Shown here: in pieces, positions 16,507 through 27,163 of the stretch
Numbering within the stretch: the stretch's first letter is position 1
Layout: the number at the start of each line of letters is the position of its first letter
IMG/VR virus record: IMGVR_UViG_3300024322_000001
Length of the DNA stretch: 64,000 nucleotides
Origin: a virus
Taxonomy: Duplodnaviria; Caudoviricetes
Strand: one strand, 5' to 3'
Made by a program: the position numbers and the translations under genes
The notes under the pieces: generated by a model
Told to the model about the DNA's origin: nothing
What the model saw: the letters and a program-made list of their open reading frames with translations, nothing else
Databases searched by the model: none

Positions 16507-19500
16507 CTAAGTAGGATCAAAGAATTGTCCTCCTTGTCCGCTTCCGCTTGGATGGTAGAAACCAACTACAGGCTTAACCCATGCTATTGTATCGCTATGA
16601 TGAGCTACAATTTCTCCTCCTACTTCACTTACAGTCCATACTCCTGGATTATTTACAGGGTCAAATTCTAGTCCGTTATACTCTCCTGCAAAACTATAGT
16701 ATATTTGCCATCCATCCGATGGATCCACAGTGTGAGGTGGAGTACCAGTAGATTCGTTCCAAATTGCAACTCCAAATATCATGTCTAAACTAGAGGTTGT
16801 TTCTACAACATAGGATAGAGTAACTGCCAAGTATTCAACTTCATTTGCATCAAAACTATATACACTCGGTGGGTTACTATCTATATCGGTACCGTAATTA
16901 ACTTCGTATGCTAGATCTACTGTGCTTGCTCCTCCTGCTAAATTACCATTAGAACCAATAAGTTTAGAACCTGATAAGCATTGCCAGTTATAGTATCCGT
17001 CAAAATATCCAGAATCCTCATTTTTAATATTATCTGTACCCTGTTGTCTGTTTACCTGTATTGGATCTACTGACCAATTTTCATTTGCACCACTATCTGG
17101 CTCATAAAGACCTGTTCCTGATATTGAATCTTTTGAGACTGAATCATTTGAATCACTTGATATTGCTGCCATATCGAAGTCTAATCTCAAATTATAAAGA
17201 CTATAAGAAAAATCTCTTGTTGCAGGTACTACGTTTACTGTTCTTACAACTTCGGTTGCTGCATTACCTTCTGAGTCAGATACGTTATATTTGACTGTGT
17301 AGGTTCCTGTAGTGGCTGTGTTAACACTGGTCGTTGTAGTTATATTTCCGGTAATATCACCATCGTAGTTATCACTTGCTGTGGCACCTGCATCTGAATA
17401 TGTAGTCCCTTGTGCTACATCTATAGGTGAATTACCTAACATAGTAATAACAGGGGCAGTCGTATCTATAATATACACGTTAGTAGTTTTCTCTACTGCT
17501 GAATTTCCTGATGAGTCGTCAACATTATACCTAACCGTATAGGTACCGATCACTGCTGTATTCACTGGGTTAGTGAGTACTATGTCTGCTGTTATATCGC
17601 CTTCTTCTGTATCTGATGCTGAAACACCTGCTAATGCTTCTACTCTACCAAATGTACCTCCAACTTCTACTGTATAGTCTACTTTATTTCCACTTATGAT
17701 TGGGATGTTATTAGCAACTACGTTTACTGTTCTTGTTACTTCTGTAGCTGAATTACCAGATGCATCATCAACATTATACCTTACTGTGTAAGTACCTAAA
17801 TTAGATGTATTTACTGGATTTGTTGTTATTATATCTGAAGTGATATTTCCTTCATATGCATCTTGTGCTGTTGCACCTGCATCAGTGTAGGTCTGTCCTT
17901 GGTATACTTGAATAGATGAAGTACCTTGTAAAGTTATCACCGGTGGTGATGTATCAACTACGTTTACTGTTCGGGTTGCTTGTGCTGTATTGCCTGCAGA
18001 ATCACTTACATCGTAGACAACTGTGTATGAACCTGATACTTGATCATTAACATTATTTGTAACAGCTATAGAAGTAGTAAGATTCCCATCAACTGTATCA
18101 CTTGCTGTTGCACCTGCATCGGTGTAGGTATATTTAACTTCATGTGTATGTGGATTATTGCCTGTTATCGTAATAGTAGGTGCATCTGCATCTACATTTG
18201 TTATATAAACAGTAGCATTACCGTAGGGCGAACTCCCTTGGAAAAAGTAAGTATTACCAGAGCTATCGTAAGGGCTTGAAAAGGCAGACCCAGTAAATAC
18301 TCCGTACATGTCCCATCCTCCTGCTAAGTTTACTCTAATACTTTCAGTAGGTTCAGCTAATGCATCTGTAAGTATTGAAGCTGATACTGAACCTGTATTG
18401 TTATACATTGTAAATCTATCACTGGACATAGTAAAGTCTGTATTCAAAGAAGCAGTAGTTCCAATAGTGTTGATATCGTACATAACTTCTGTTCCATCTG
18501 CTACATTTTGACTTAATAATGTCCATGTAACAGTGCCTCCTTCATTCACAGTCGTCTTATCAGGTGTTAATGATAGGTATGATCTAGAAGTATCTTCAAT
18601 TCTTAAATTTTTAATGATTGAACCGAATGGGTTCTTAGAAACACTAGTTGCAAGTAGATTACCTGCACTGTCATAGTACGGAAATGCAGTTTGAACTGTT
18701 TCTCCATAATCTGTAAGTTGTAAGTAAACCTGTTCTAGTATTGTTTCGCCTTTTTGGTCTTCGATAGCTGTCACAGTAATTGAACCAGTGTTGTTCATCA
18801 TTACAAACTCTGTATTCGATAGTGTATAATCCTCGTTTATTATTGCATCTTGGTTTGATGACGTATAAAACGATACTTTAGTACCGTCATCTATGTATTC
18901 AGAATATAGTACAAAAGAACCAGTAGCAAATTGACCGGATTCTACTATCGAACCTGAGTAAACAACTTGCGGTGGAAAAAACCCAATTGCTTCAAATTTA
19001 ATATATGAACCAGAATTAGGGTAAGTAACTTCTACATCAACAACTCCTGTACCTACATTGCCGTATTGGTCTGTAAAAGTAATATCCGAAGTATATGTAT
19101 TACCAGAACCGGATGTAGTAGTTGACATGTCTAGTCCTAAAGTTAAATTACCTGAATTGTCTACAACTACTGCTGGATTAGAAGATGTATAGGATTGTAC
19201 AGCCTGACCTCCTATGTTAGGAGAATAAATTACATCTAATGAAGCTGATACTCCTGATCCGAATCCTTTTGTTGCTTCGTATCCTAGGCCTGTTAGTCCT
19301 GTTTCGACTACAAAGACACTATTATTTCTTAGTATACCTGTAGAGGAACCTTGCAAACTAAATGAATGGTCTGCTGTTCCAAAAGCATGATTATCTGCAA
19401 TACTTGCAGTAAACTCATAATCTAATGATGTAAGATTTTGATTAGCTTGAATATAGTAGACTCCTCCGTCTCTTACTGCATTTAATTCTCCTGATGGATC

Positions 19501-21852
19501 GATAAATGTAAAAGAATCGTAATTTATTGGGTCTCCTTCTGTATCACTTATAGAAGCAGTTACTAATGTTGCACCAGAAACAGCTAAGTTACTAAATAGG
19601 TTTACTGTATGGTTGTTATAGGTGATAGTAGGTGGATAATTTTGTGCAAATCCTACATTTATAGTATGTGTTTCTTCATTTTTACTAAACCCATGTTCAT
19701 CTTCAATTCCTATATCAAAAGAATAAGCACTAGCTGATAGAGGGTTTAGTGCGTAAATATAGTAAACATCTCCCGCTTTTACATAATCTAATTGCCCTGA
19801 TGTATCGGTAAATGTAAATGAACCGTGATCTATACTATCTCCTTCTATATCGTTAAATGAAGCTGTAACTAATCTAGCATTTGCTATTGCATAATTCGTA
19901 TCAAAAGATGAAACGTGATTATCAAATATTATATCCGGTGCAGTATTTTCTGTAATCTGCAATGTAAAGTCTAAAGAAGAAGTATTCCCGAACGTATTTG
20001 TTGCAACTACCTTACTAGCTATAGTCTGTGGGTGAGAAAAGCTTGATCCTGAGATATCAGATCCAAGTGTTACATACCCTGAAGAGTCTATTTCTAATTT
20101 AGAAGTCGGTGTAACTGACCATGTAGTAGGTGTTTGATCTGATTCGAATTTTACTCTAGTACCTGAATATCCGTTAGAACTTAGGTATATTGAATCGTTT
20201 TCTACTGCTGATTCAATTACATATGCGAAAGAAGATGTACCCAAACCTGTAATTGTAGCGGGGCTTGTATCTGCTGTTACGTTAATTACTATATTTATAA
20301 CGTGTGTTCGTCCTATCGAACTAGTTCCCGTAACTGTGGCATAAAATTTGTCTCCTGCCACAAATGATCCGTCAATGTCTTGGTTTACTGTTAGGGTTCC
20401 TGAAGAGTCTATTGAAAGAGCGTTGTATGGAGTTGAAGTAACAGACCATGTAACTGGTAAGTTAGCAGTGAATGTTGCTAAGGAACCTGTTACCCCGCTA
20501 GGATCATCATAAACTGAATCTCCTAAGAGTGCTGTTTCAACTACATATACATTATTATCTCCATCTCCTGATACGTATACAGTTTGTCCGTCTTGTACTA
20601 CCGGAATAGTGATTAACGCAGTTGATGTACCCTCGTTATAATCATCATCAGCTGTTACCTGATAAGTATATGAATCTATTATTCTATGATTGAGGTAAGA
20701 TCCAGATTTTTTAGTAATCTGTCCTGTAGAAGATATATTAAATGCATCCGCTGTTGGATCGTTAAACCCTGTTCCTGCAAAAGATCCTGTTGATAAGCTT
20801 TTGCCGCTATAGCTAATAGAGTGTAGTGAAATATTAATAAACGAAATTGCATCAGAGTCTGGGTCTGAGCTTATAATTTGTCCTACTATTGCTCCGTCAG
20901 CACTATTTTCACCAAAATTAGACATTGCTTGGTCGAGTACTGTTGGTTGTAAATTATCTATTACATCTATTCTTACTGGAAGTAGTGTTGTATCGGTTCC
21001 GTCACTAACACTAATAGACATACTATATGCTGTTTTGCTTTCGTAATCTAGTGAGGAAGTAACTTGCTGGAAAGTTATATGGTCAGAATTTTCAGTAAAA
21101 GAAAAGTGATTATCTGGGTCAGGGTTTAGAGATACTGTTAGGTCGTCACCATCTAGATCTGAGAAGTAGAATTTAGCTATTTCTTCCGGACCTCTATTTT
21201 CATTTCTGGCTCTAGTAAATTGAATTACAGTAGAACCGTCAGGTGCTCCTAACTTAAAAAGAGGTTCATTATTAACATACTTAACGAACCAATTAGTTGA
21301 ATATGCCGTTGTACCGTCTATACTTCCAGATGCTACGGTTACTGTAGTATTCGTGGATAGTGCTGGGCCTGTTCTGTTAACATTATCGAACCAGCCTTCA
21401 AACACATAAGGAGGTGTAGGTGTAGCAGTTAATGTAAAAGTATTGTTTATTGCATGGTTATTTGTAAAGTTACTTGAAGTAATGTCATTATCACTTGTAA
21501 CACTTCCTGAAAATTGTCCGTCATAATCTACTTTTCCAAACCTACCAGGCTGTATAGAGTATAAAATATCATTATCTGTAAATTCTCCTGAAATACTCCC
21601 AGAACCAATATTAGTACATACCTTACATTCTGCACCTTCGCAGTCATCTTCGGGTAAATTTACTACTATAAACTGATCTACTGAATCTTGAACTTGAAAT
21701 TCGATTCCTTGGGCCAGATCGGCGCCAGTAAAAATTCCACTTGACGATACCGGTGTTGTTAACAGGTTGCCGTCAACTTTAGTAGTATGGTATATTTTAC
21801 ATATACGAATATCCGAAGATATCGACCGATTTTTTATTCTAACTGTCTTCAT
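16507..21852 (-). CDS. giant cadherin-like/Ig-repeat virion or adhesin protein
   Basis: LDYE/DxD cadherin-like repeats and about four DUF5011-like repeats (APVIT.LG...YTDAGATASD...GTYTV.YNV.D.SGN.A...TRTVNV). Confidence 0.75.
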   Translation of the reverse strand: MKTVRIKNRSISSDIRICKIYHTTKVDGNLLTTPVSSSGIFTGADLAQGIEFQVQDSVDQFIVVNLPEDDCEGAECKVCTNIGSGSISGEFTDNDILYSIQPGRFGKVDYDGQFSGSVTSDNDITSSNFTNNHAINNTFTLTATPTPPYVFEGWFDNVNRTGPALSTNTTVTVASGSIDGTTAYSTNWFVKYVNNEPLFKLGAPDGSTVIQFTRARNENRGPEEIAKFYFSDLDGDDLTVSLNPDPDNHFSFTENSDHITFQQVTSSLDYESKTAYSMSISVSDGTDTTLLPVRIDVIDNLQPTVLDQAMSNFGENSADGAIVGQIISSDPDSDAISFINISLHSISYSGKSLSTGSFAGTGFNDPTADAFNISSTGQITKKSGSYLNHRIIDSYTYQVTADDDYNEGTSTALITIPVVQDGQTVYVSGDGDNNVYVVETALLGDSVYDDPSGVTGSLATFTANLPVTWSVTSTPYNALSIDSSGTLTVNQDIDGSFVAGDKFYATVTGTSSIGRTHVINIVINVTADTSPATITGLGTSSFAYVIESAVENDSIYLSSNGYSGTRVKFESDQTPTTWSVTPTSKLEIDSSGYVTLGSDISGSSFSHPQTIASKVVATNTFGNTSSLDFTLQITENTAPDIIFDNHVSSFDTNYAIANARLVTASFNDIEGDSIDHGSFTFTDTSGQLDYVKAGDVYYIYALNPLSASAYSFDIGIEDEHGFSKNEETHTINVGFAQNYPPTITYNNHTVNLFSNLAVSGATLVTASISDTEGDPINYDSFTFIDPSGELNAVRDGGVYYIQANQNLTSLDYEFTASIADNHAFGTADHSFSLQGSSTGILRNNSVFVVETGLTGLGYEATKGFGSGVSASLDVIYSPNIGGQAVQSYTSSNPAVVVDNSGNLTLGLDMSTTTSGSGNTYTSDITFTDQYGNVGTGVVDVEVTYPNSGSYIKFEAIGFFPPQVVYSGSIVESGQFATGSFVLYSEYIDDGTKVSFYTSSNQDAIINEDYTLSNTEFVMMNNTGSITVTAIEDQKGETILEQVYLQLTDYGETVQTAFPYYDSAGNLLATSVSKNPFGSIIKNLRIEDTSRSYLSLTPDKTTVNEGGTVTWTLLSQNVADGTEVMYDINTIGTTASLNTDFTMSSDRFTMYNNTGSVSASILTDALAEPTESIRVNLAGGWDMYGVFTGSAFSSPYDSSGNTYFFQGSSPYGNATVYITNVDADAPTITITGNNPHTHEVKYTYTDAGATASDTVDGNLTTSIAVTNNVNDQVSGSYTVVYDVSDSAGNTAQATRTVNVVDTSPPVITLQGTSSIQVYQGQTYTDAGATAQDAYEGNITSDIITTNPVNTSNLGTYTVRYNVDDASGNSATEVTRTVNVVANNIPIISGNKVDYTVEVGGTFGRVEALAGVSASDTEEGDITADIVLTNPVNTAVIGTYTVRYNVDDSSGNSAVEKTTNVYIIDTTAPVITMLGNSPIDVAQGTTYSDAGATASDNYDGDITGNITTTTSVNTATTGTYTVKYNVSDSEGNAATEVVRTVNVVPATRDFSYSLYNLRLDFDMAAISSDSNDSVSKDSISGTGLYEPDSGANENWSVDPIQVNRQQGTDNIKNEDSGYFDGYYNWQCLSGSKLIGSNGNLAGGASTVDLAYEVNYGTDIDSNPPSVYSFDANEVEYLAVTLSYVVETTSSLDMIFGVAIWNESTGTPPHTVDPSDGWQIYYSFAGEYNGLEFDPVNNPGVWTVSEVGGEIVAHHSDTIAWVKPVVGFYHPSGSGQGGQFFDPT

Positions 21853-21896
21853 TTAATATAAATAGTTATCTATAACTTTTAACGTTCTACCGGTGT

Positions 21897-23609
21897 TTAG
21901 CCATCACAGGATAAGCAATCCTCAGATGTCCTAGAACCTATATCTCCATTAATTACCGAATCGGTTCGCAAGTAATAGAGTGTTTTTACACCGAATCTCC
22001 ATGCTGCTTGGTGTACTTCATTAATAAACTTTGGGCTATCTGTTGGATCAAATGCTAAATTTAATGACTGTGTTTGGTCAATGTATTTCTGCCTTGCTCC
22101 TGCTTGTTCAACTAAAGCCAATTGATTTATTTCTGCAAATGTAAGGAATATAGGTTTATCTTCTGCAGGCATTATGTCTTCGGGTAAATTTGCTATAGAA
22201 CCTCTATCTCTCATAATCTGGTCCCATACTTCATCAGTATTTGATCCTGTTTCGTCTAAATAACTCTCTAACGCAGGGTTTTTTCTTATAAAAGTTCCTT
22301 TTGCAGAGTTAAATGTATATATGTTAGCCGGTACTGGTTCGATTCCTGCGGATACCCCTCCTGATATCGTACTATTGGATACTGTTGGGGCGATAGCAAG
22401 TAAATGACTGTTTCTCATGCCTGTTCCTTTACACCATAGCGGCTCACCGTATTCATCTGCTAATTTACGTGATGCATTTTCTGCTTTTTGTTTTATATCG
22501 GAGAATATCTGGTGAGTAAATGAGGTTGCAGCAATAGAATTAAAAGGAACTCTTTCGTTCTGTAAAAATGTATGCCATCCTAGTACTCCTAACCCGATTG
22601 CTCTTCCTTTTTTTGCTGATCTATGAGATCTGATTAAAGAATCCCTTCCAGATGTTTTTGCTAAAAACTCTTCTAGTACTCCGTCCAGAAAATAAATGGC
22701 TGTTTCTACTAAATCTGTATTTTTCCATTCATGCCATTTAGTTAAGTTTACAGAAGATAGACAACATATGAAAGAATGTTCTTCATCTGTGTGAAGCGTA
22801 ATTTCTGAGCATATATTAGTCATCGTAACGTCTAAGTTATTCTTTTTATATGCAGGAGGATTAGCATTATTGACAGTATCCTTGAACATAAGGTATGGTT
22901 CTCCTGTTTCAACTCTAGATTTAAGTATTTTCACCCATAGTTCCATAGCCTCAGGGTCTCTATGCTCTAATTTTTGCATAAAGGCATCATCCACTACAAC
23001 ACATTGATGTAAGTTAAGACACTGTCTATTAGGATCTCCTTTAGGTCTTCTTATCTCTAAATATTCCGAAATATCTGGATGATTTATATCTAAATTAACA
23101 GAAGCTGCTCCTCTCCTCACAGCTCCTTGGTTAGTAGCTATAATAGTAGAATCATAAATCTTAGCCCAAGGAACAATACCCTCTGACTGACCTACTTCAT
23201 TACCGATTTTTTCTCCTCTACCTCTAACCTTAGATAGACCAATACCTACACCACCGCCTAAGGATGTCAATCTCATTAATTCAGCATTAGTTAATCCAAT
23301 ACCGCGTATCGAGTCGGGTGTATCGATACCAAAACATGAAATTGGCAATCCTTTGTCAGTGCCGGTATTTGAAAGTACCGGTGAGGCTAAGTTCAACCAT
23401 CCTTTCCACATATACCTAAAGAATTTATTCTCTAGATCTGGACGGTCTAATCTTTTTGCTATAGTAGAAGCTACTCTTCTATATGCAGATTTTACGTTTT
23501 CTCCTTGTCCTAAGTATCCTTTAGATATTGTTGCTATTGATACTTCATTCATCCATTCTGGGTAATCTTTTCCGGCTACCCATTCAGTTGTGTCCACTAT
23601 TAAACTCAT
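21897..23609 (-). CDS. nrdA: ribonucleotide reductase class I alpha subunit (no ATP cone)
   Basis: ISCF, TNICSEI, ICCLSS, APT, KTLYY, C-terminal CLSC. Confidence 0.97.
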   Translation of the reverse strand: MSLIVDTTEWVAGKDYPEWMNEVSIATISKGYLGQGENVKSAYRRVASTIAKRLDRPDLENKFFRYMWKGWLNLASPVLSNTGTDKGLPISCFGIDTPDSIRGIGLTNAELMRLTSLGGGVGIGLSKVRGRGEKIGNEVGQSEGIVPWAKIYDSTIIATNQGAVRRGAASVNLDINHPDISEYLEIRRPKGDPNRQCLNLHQCVVVDDAFMQKLEHRDPEAMELWVKILKSRVETGEPYLMFKDTVNNANPPAYKKNNLDVTMTNICSEITLHTDEEHSFICCLSSVNLTKWHEWKNTDLVETAIYFLDGVLEEFLAKTSGRDSLIRSHRSAKKGRAIGLGVLGWHTFLQNERVPFNSIAATSFTHQIFSDIKQKAENASRKLADEYGEPLWCKGTGMRNSHLLAIAPTVSNSTISGGVSAGIEPVPANIYTFNSAKGTFIRKNPALESYLDETGSNTDEVWDQIMRDRGSIANLPEDIMPAEDKPIFLTFAEINQLALVEQAGARQKYIDQTQSLNLAFDPTDSPKFINEVHQAAWRFGVKTLYYLRTDSVINGDIGSRTSEDCLSCDG

Positions 23610-23620
23610 ATACCTTTATT

Positions 23621-24598
23621 TTAAAATGCTGTTGACCAATCTAAGTGCCCTTTAGCATAATTCGTAACTCTATTAGCGAAAAAGTCTGTTTGCTGTTTTC
23701 CTGCAATTACAGCGTCAAACCATTTCATTGTCTTTAATGCGCCTTTATCGATATCTTCTGCAGGGATTATAGGCTTTAATCCTAAATCGGCCATTTTTGT
23801 GTTTACTCTATGCTTAATGAAGTTTTTTAATTCTTCCTTACTTAAGTTATCTAGATCTCCCATTTCAAAAATCTTATCTATAAAATCAAACTCTAATTTT
23901 ACAGCACCATATGCAGCTTCTTCAATATCTTTTATAAGCTCCGGTGTCTTAAATTCTGGATGTTCTTTCATAAGAGTTCTAAATAACCAGCATCCTGCTT
24001 CTGAATGCAGTGATTCATCTCTTACAGACCATTCTACTATCTGTCCTACACCTTTAAGAAGGTTTCTCATTTTAAAAGACAGTAACACAGCAAAGGAACT
24101 AAACAAGTTAACTCCTTCTGTGAAAGCAGAAAATATAGCGAGAGAGACAGCTCTTTGATGCCAGTTAGGGGTACCGTCGTGATTGTCTCTAACTTCCATT
24201 AACGATTCTATCTTAGCCATCGTAGCTTCATCTTCTAAAAATTCAGCAAAGTTATCTAATCCTAATTGTTCGTTAAGAAGTGAATAAGCTTCAGCATGAA
24301 TAGTTTCTGAAGAGCCTAGTGTAGTACCCATCATAATAACTTCTGGTTTTCTAAACCATTTAGTAACTAATGTTGACCAGTAGTCGTTTACGATCGTTTC
24401 TGTCTGTGCAAATCCTTTTAGAATTCCTCCTACTACATTTTTTTCATGTGGCTTAAGGTTACTAGCCCAATCTGTAACGTCTTGTGCCATTGGTACTTCA
24501 GTATGTAACCAATGTGCTTGTTGTTGCTTTAACCAAAAATCATATGCTTTTGGATATTCAAATGGCTTGTAAACGATGCGTTCTTTTAAAAGGCTCAT
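23621..24598 (-). CDS. nrdB: ribonucleotide reductase class I beta subunit
   Basis: ETIHAEAY, EGVNLFSSF, RDESLH, DFFANRVTNY. Confidence 0.97.
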   Translation of the reverse strand: MSLLKERIVYKPFEYPKAYDFWLKQQQAHWLHTEVPMAQDVTDWASNLKPHEKNVVGGILKGFAQTETIVNDYWSTLVTKWFRKPEVIMMGTTLGSSETIHAEAYSLLNEQLGLDNFAEFLEDEATMAKIESLMEVRDNHDGTPNWHQRAVSLAIFSAFTEGVNLFSSFAVLLSFKMRNLLKGVGQIVEWSVRDESLHSEAGCWLFRTLMKEHPEFKTPELIKDIEEAAYGAVKLEFDFIDKIFEMGDLDNLSKEELKNFIKHRVNTKMADLGLKPIIPAEDIDKGALKTMKWFDAVIAGKQQTDFFANRVTNYAKGHLDWSTAF

Positions 24599-24631
24599 AT
24601 ATCTTTATATATTTTTTTATTAATTAGACAG

Positions 24632-24669
24632 AAAAGTCCTCGAGATTTACTATCTAGTTCCTCGAGGAC
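24632..24669 (-). terminator. terminator-like hairpin between the helicase gene and nrdB
   Basis: GTCCTCGAG...CTCGAGGAC inverted repeat followed by TTTT on the minus strand. Confidence 0.55.
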
Positions 24670-24712
24670 GCTTAGATAAATAGCATATATATTTTGGTTT
24701 TTACCAAACTAT

Positions 24713-26062
24713 TTACAACTTTTTATCAAAAATTTGCGACATAGTTTCGCGTGACAAAGTAAAGTTAGGAGCATCGTTGTCCTTTATAAGATCCTCAGGA
24801 TTTGCCTTTCCTTCAAATTCTATATGACCGTTGTTTGTATCCATTTTTAAATTATATGTCATTCCATCCTGACCGTATCTGTTTTTCATAACATGCCATC
24901 TTCCGGTCCCTAGTACTTTATCTTCTTTCATTCTTGACAATGAAAAACACATATCTGCTACCATCATTTTATCGTAACTACCTGCTGCTTTGTCTCCTTC
25001 AATAACCGAATCTTTAGCACCCATTCTATTAACTTGGGAAGGAGTAATGACTGGAATTTTAAATTCTTTAGCTAATCCTTTAGTCGCTATAAATACATCA
25101 TCTATCTCGTCTTTTCGTTCTGAGAATTTACCTTTAGAGGGTGCTCGTAAGTAATCAACGTAATCTATAACTACTAGGTCTGGTTTATGATCCATATCAA
25201 TACACTTCTGTATATGTGATTTTATAGTATTGACTGTAGCACCTTTAGGAGCATATTCCTTAACAATCAACTTACCTTTTAATCCATCTACATATGATTG
25301 TACATCTTTACGGTGGTTATTTACTTCATCGATAGAGTACCCTGTAAAGTAGCAATCAAATCGCTTACCTACATAGTCCTCTCCTAGTTCCAAAGTATAG
25401 TAGTTAACTTTATAACCCATCTTAACTGCATGTGCTGCCATTGCTACACAAGTCCAACTCTTTCCACCACCAGGGTTACCGAATACGATAGCTAAATCTC
25501 CTGGTCCAAATCCTCCTTGAATACCTTCATTGAGAACAGGCCAAGGAGTTGGTATTGTAGGACGGTAATCAACCCTATATCGACTTTCTATGTCTACATT
25601 ATATTCATGTCCTATATTCTTATCCATACCAGCTCTCATAGCTTTTTCAACCATATTTCTTATTCCGTCAAAATCTCCTTGTTTAAGAAGGTCTGCGGAA
25701 CTTAAAATGGCTTGTTTCATTTCCTGGTTCTTACAAAAAGTTGTAAACTCTTCCTGTACGTAATCTAAATCATCTTGAGATGCTTGATATGAATTTCGTA
25801 ATTCTTCTTTAAGTGCTACTTGGAGTACTTCGTTTTCTAACTTCTGAAGCTCTACTTTAAGAACGTCCATAGTAACGGTAGTGTGGTACTTATCAAAATA
25901 AGATATAATTTCATTTACAATCCATTTATGAGTATCAGCGTCAAAGTAATCTTCACTTAATACATCTCGTACATTTAGTAGAAACTTTTTATCTGTAAGT
26001 AATGAACCTAACACTTTAAGTTGGAACCCCTTCCCGTATTGCTGTAGCGATTTTAATGTCAT
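24713..26062 (-). CDS. replicative SF4 helicase (DnaB/T4 gp41-like)
   Basis: GNPGGGKS, YYTLE, VIDYVDYL, SQVNR, MKNRYG. Confidence 0.93.
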   Translation of the reverse strand: MTLKSLQQYGKGFQLKVLGSLLTDKKFLLNVRDVLSEDYFDADTHKWIVNEIISYFDKYHTTVTMDVLKVELQKLENEVLQVALKEELRNSYQASQDDLDYVQEEFTTFCKNQEMKQAILSSADLLKQGDFDGIRNMVEKAMRAGMDKNIGHEYNVDIESRYRVDYRPTIPTPWPVLNEGIQGGFGPGDLAIVFGNPGGGKSWTCVAMAAHAVKMGYKVNYYTLELGEDYVGKRFDCYFTGYSIDEVNNHRKDVQSYVDGLKGKLIVKEYAPKGATVNTIKSHIQKCIDMDHKPDLVVIDYVDYLRAPSKGKFSERKDEIDDVFIATKGLAKEFKIPVITPSQVNRMGAKDSVIEGDKAAGSYDKMMVADMCFSLSRMKEDKVLGTGRWHVMKNRYGQDGMTYNLKMDTNNGHIEFEGKANPEDLIKDNDAPNFTLSRETMSQIFDKKL

Positions 26063-26131
26063 ATTGTAACCTTTTATTTAATATAGTTAATTATAAGTTA
26101 ATAACCAACTAGATGAATACATTTTTTTTTA

Positions 26132-27163
26132 CTATTTTTTTACTGTTGTAAGCCCTCTAAAGTTTTCTAACCAGCCTTCAGTATTCTTTGTAATGCCCTC
26201 TATTTTATCTAATCCTAACAAATGTAAGAACCCGCCAGTCTGTATACCGGGGATAGGTGCTTTTATAGTTTCATTAACTACTTCTTTTTCTTTATCGTCT
26301 AAATCAGAAATACTTAAATCCATTAGTGTATAATTAGTCTCTACTCTATCCCACTCTGTTAAGATTTTAGGAAATATCTTCTTTACTTTCTTTTCATCTA
26401 GCTTGGAAGCACATGTATCATATACATACTGCAGGTTAGATTTAGGATTAGTTAGAAGTTCAGGGAATTCGGAAACTATTGTTTTTATACCTAAACCTTT
26501 CACCCCCGGTAAATTATCTGAGTTATCTCCTAGTAGTGCTTTTACTACATTATAATTTTCTGGAAGAACTTTTAATTCCTCGAATATATTATCTTGAGTA
26601 AATGTTTTTTTCTTAACTGGAGCATATACCTCTATAGTATCGTCTATTAACTGTAGGAAATCCTTATCTGAAGATATGATAGTACATTTTTTAACCGAAG
26701 ATATAGAAGCTTTTTGAGCTATATATGCTATAATATCATCAGCTTCTAATTTCTCTAACCCTATTTGGTGTACTGGTAAGCATTCAAGATAGTCCTGTAC
26801 TCTGTACAATTGACCGATAAGGGCTTCTGTTTCTTCCTCTTTGGTATCGTATAATCCCCAATGTGTAATTCTTGAGGTCGCACGTTGTGCTTTATAGTTA
26901 GGATCAATATTTTTACGATTTGCAGATCCTCCCTTACCGTCCCATACTACTATAACTCTTGTTGGATCAAAAATTCTAGTCACATACCCTAACGATCTTA
27001 AAAACCCAACCAGGCCACCGATGTGGTGGCCGTCGGGGTTCATCGCTTTGAGTAATGAAAATGATCTAATGAGCATATTCATAGCATCAACAATCAGTAT
27101 GTGATCGTTTAGCGATCGGGGTGGGGTCTGTTTTAAATTATTTAGAATGTCATCGTACGCCAT
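26132..27163 (-). CDS. 5'-3' exonuclease / flap endonuclease (T4 RNase H-like)
   Basis: VDAMN, WDG, YKAQR, EADD, SSDKD, GDNSDNLPGVKGLG. Confidence 0.93.
   Translation of the reverse strand: MAYDDILNNLKQTPPRSLNDHILIVDAMNMLIRSFSLLKAMNPDGHHIGGLVGFLRSLGYVTRIFDPTRVIVVWDGKGGSANRKNIDPNYKAQRATSRITHWGLYDTKEEETEALIGQLYRVQDYLECLPVHQIGLEKLEADDIIAYIAQKASISSVKKCTIISSDKDFLQLIDDTIEVYAPVKKKTFTQDNIFEELKVLPENYNVVKALLGDNSDNLPGVKGLGIKTIVSEFPELLTNPKSNLQYVYDTCASKLDEKKVKKIFPKILTEWDRVETNYTLMDLSISDLDDKEKEVVNETIKAPIPGIQTGGFLHLLGLDKIEGITKNTEGWLENFRGLTTVKK

Noticed and set aside
21897-26062. Inteins or introns in nrdA, nrdB or the helicase
   Set aside because: Protein lengths are compact and motifs contiguous; no splicing motifs seen.
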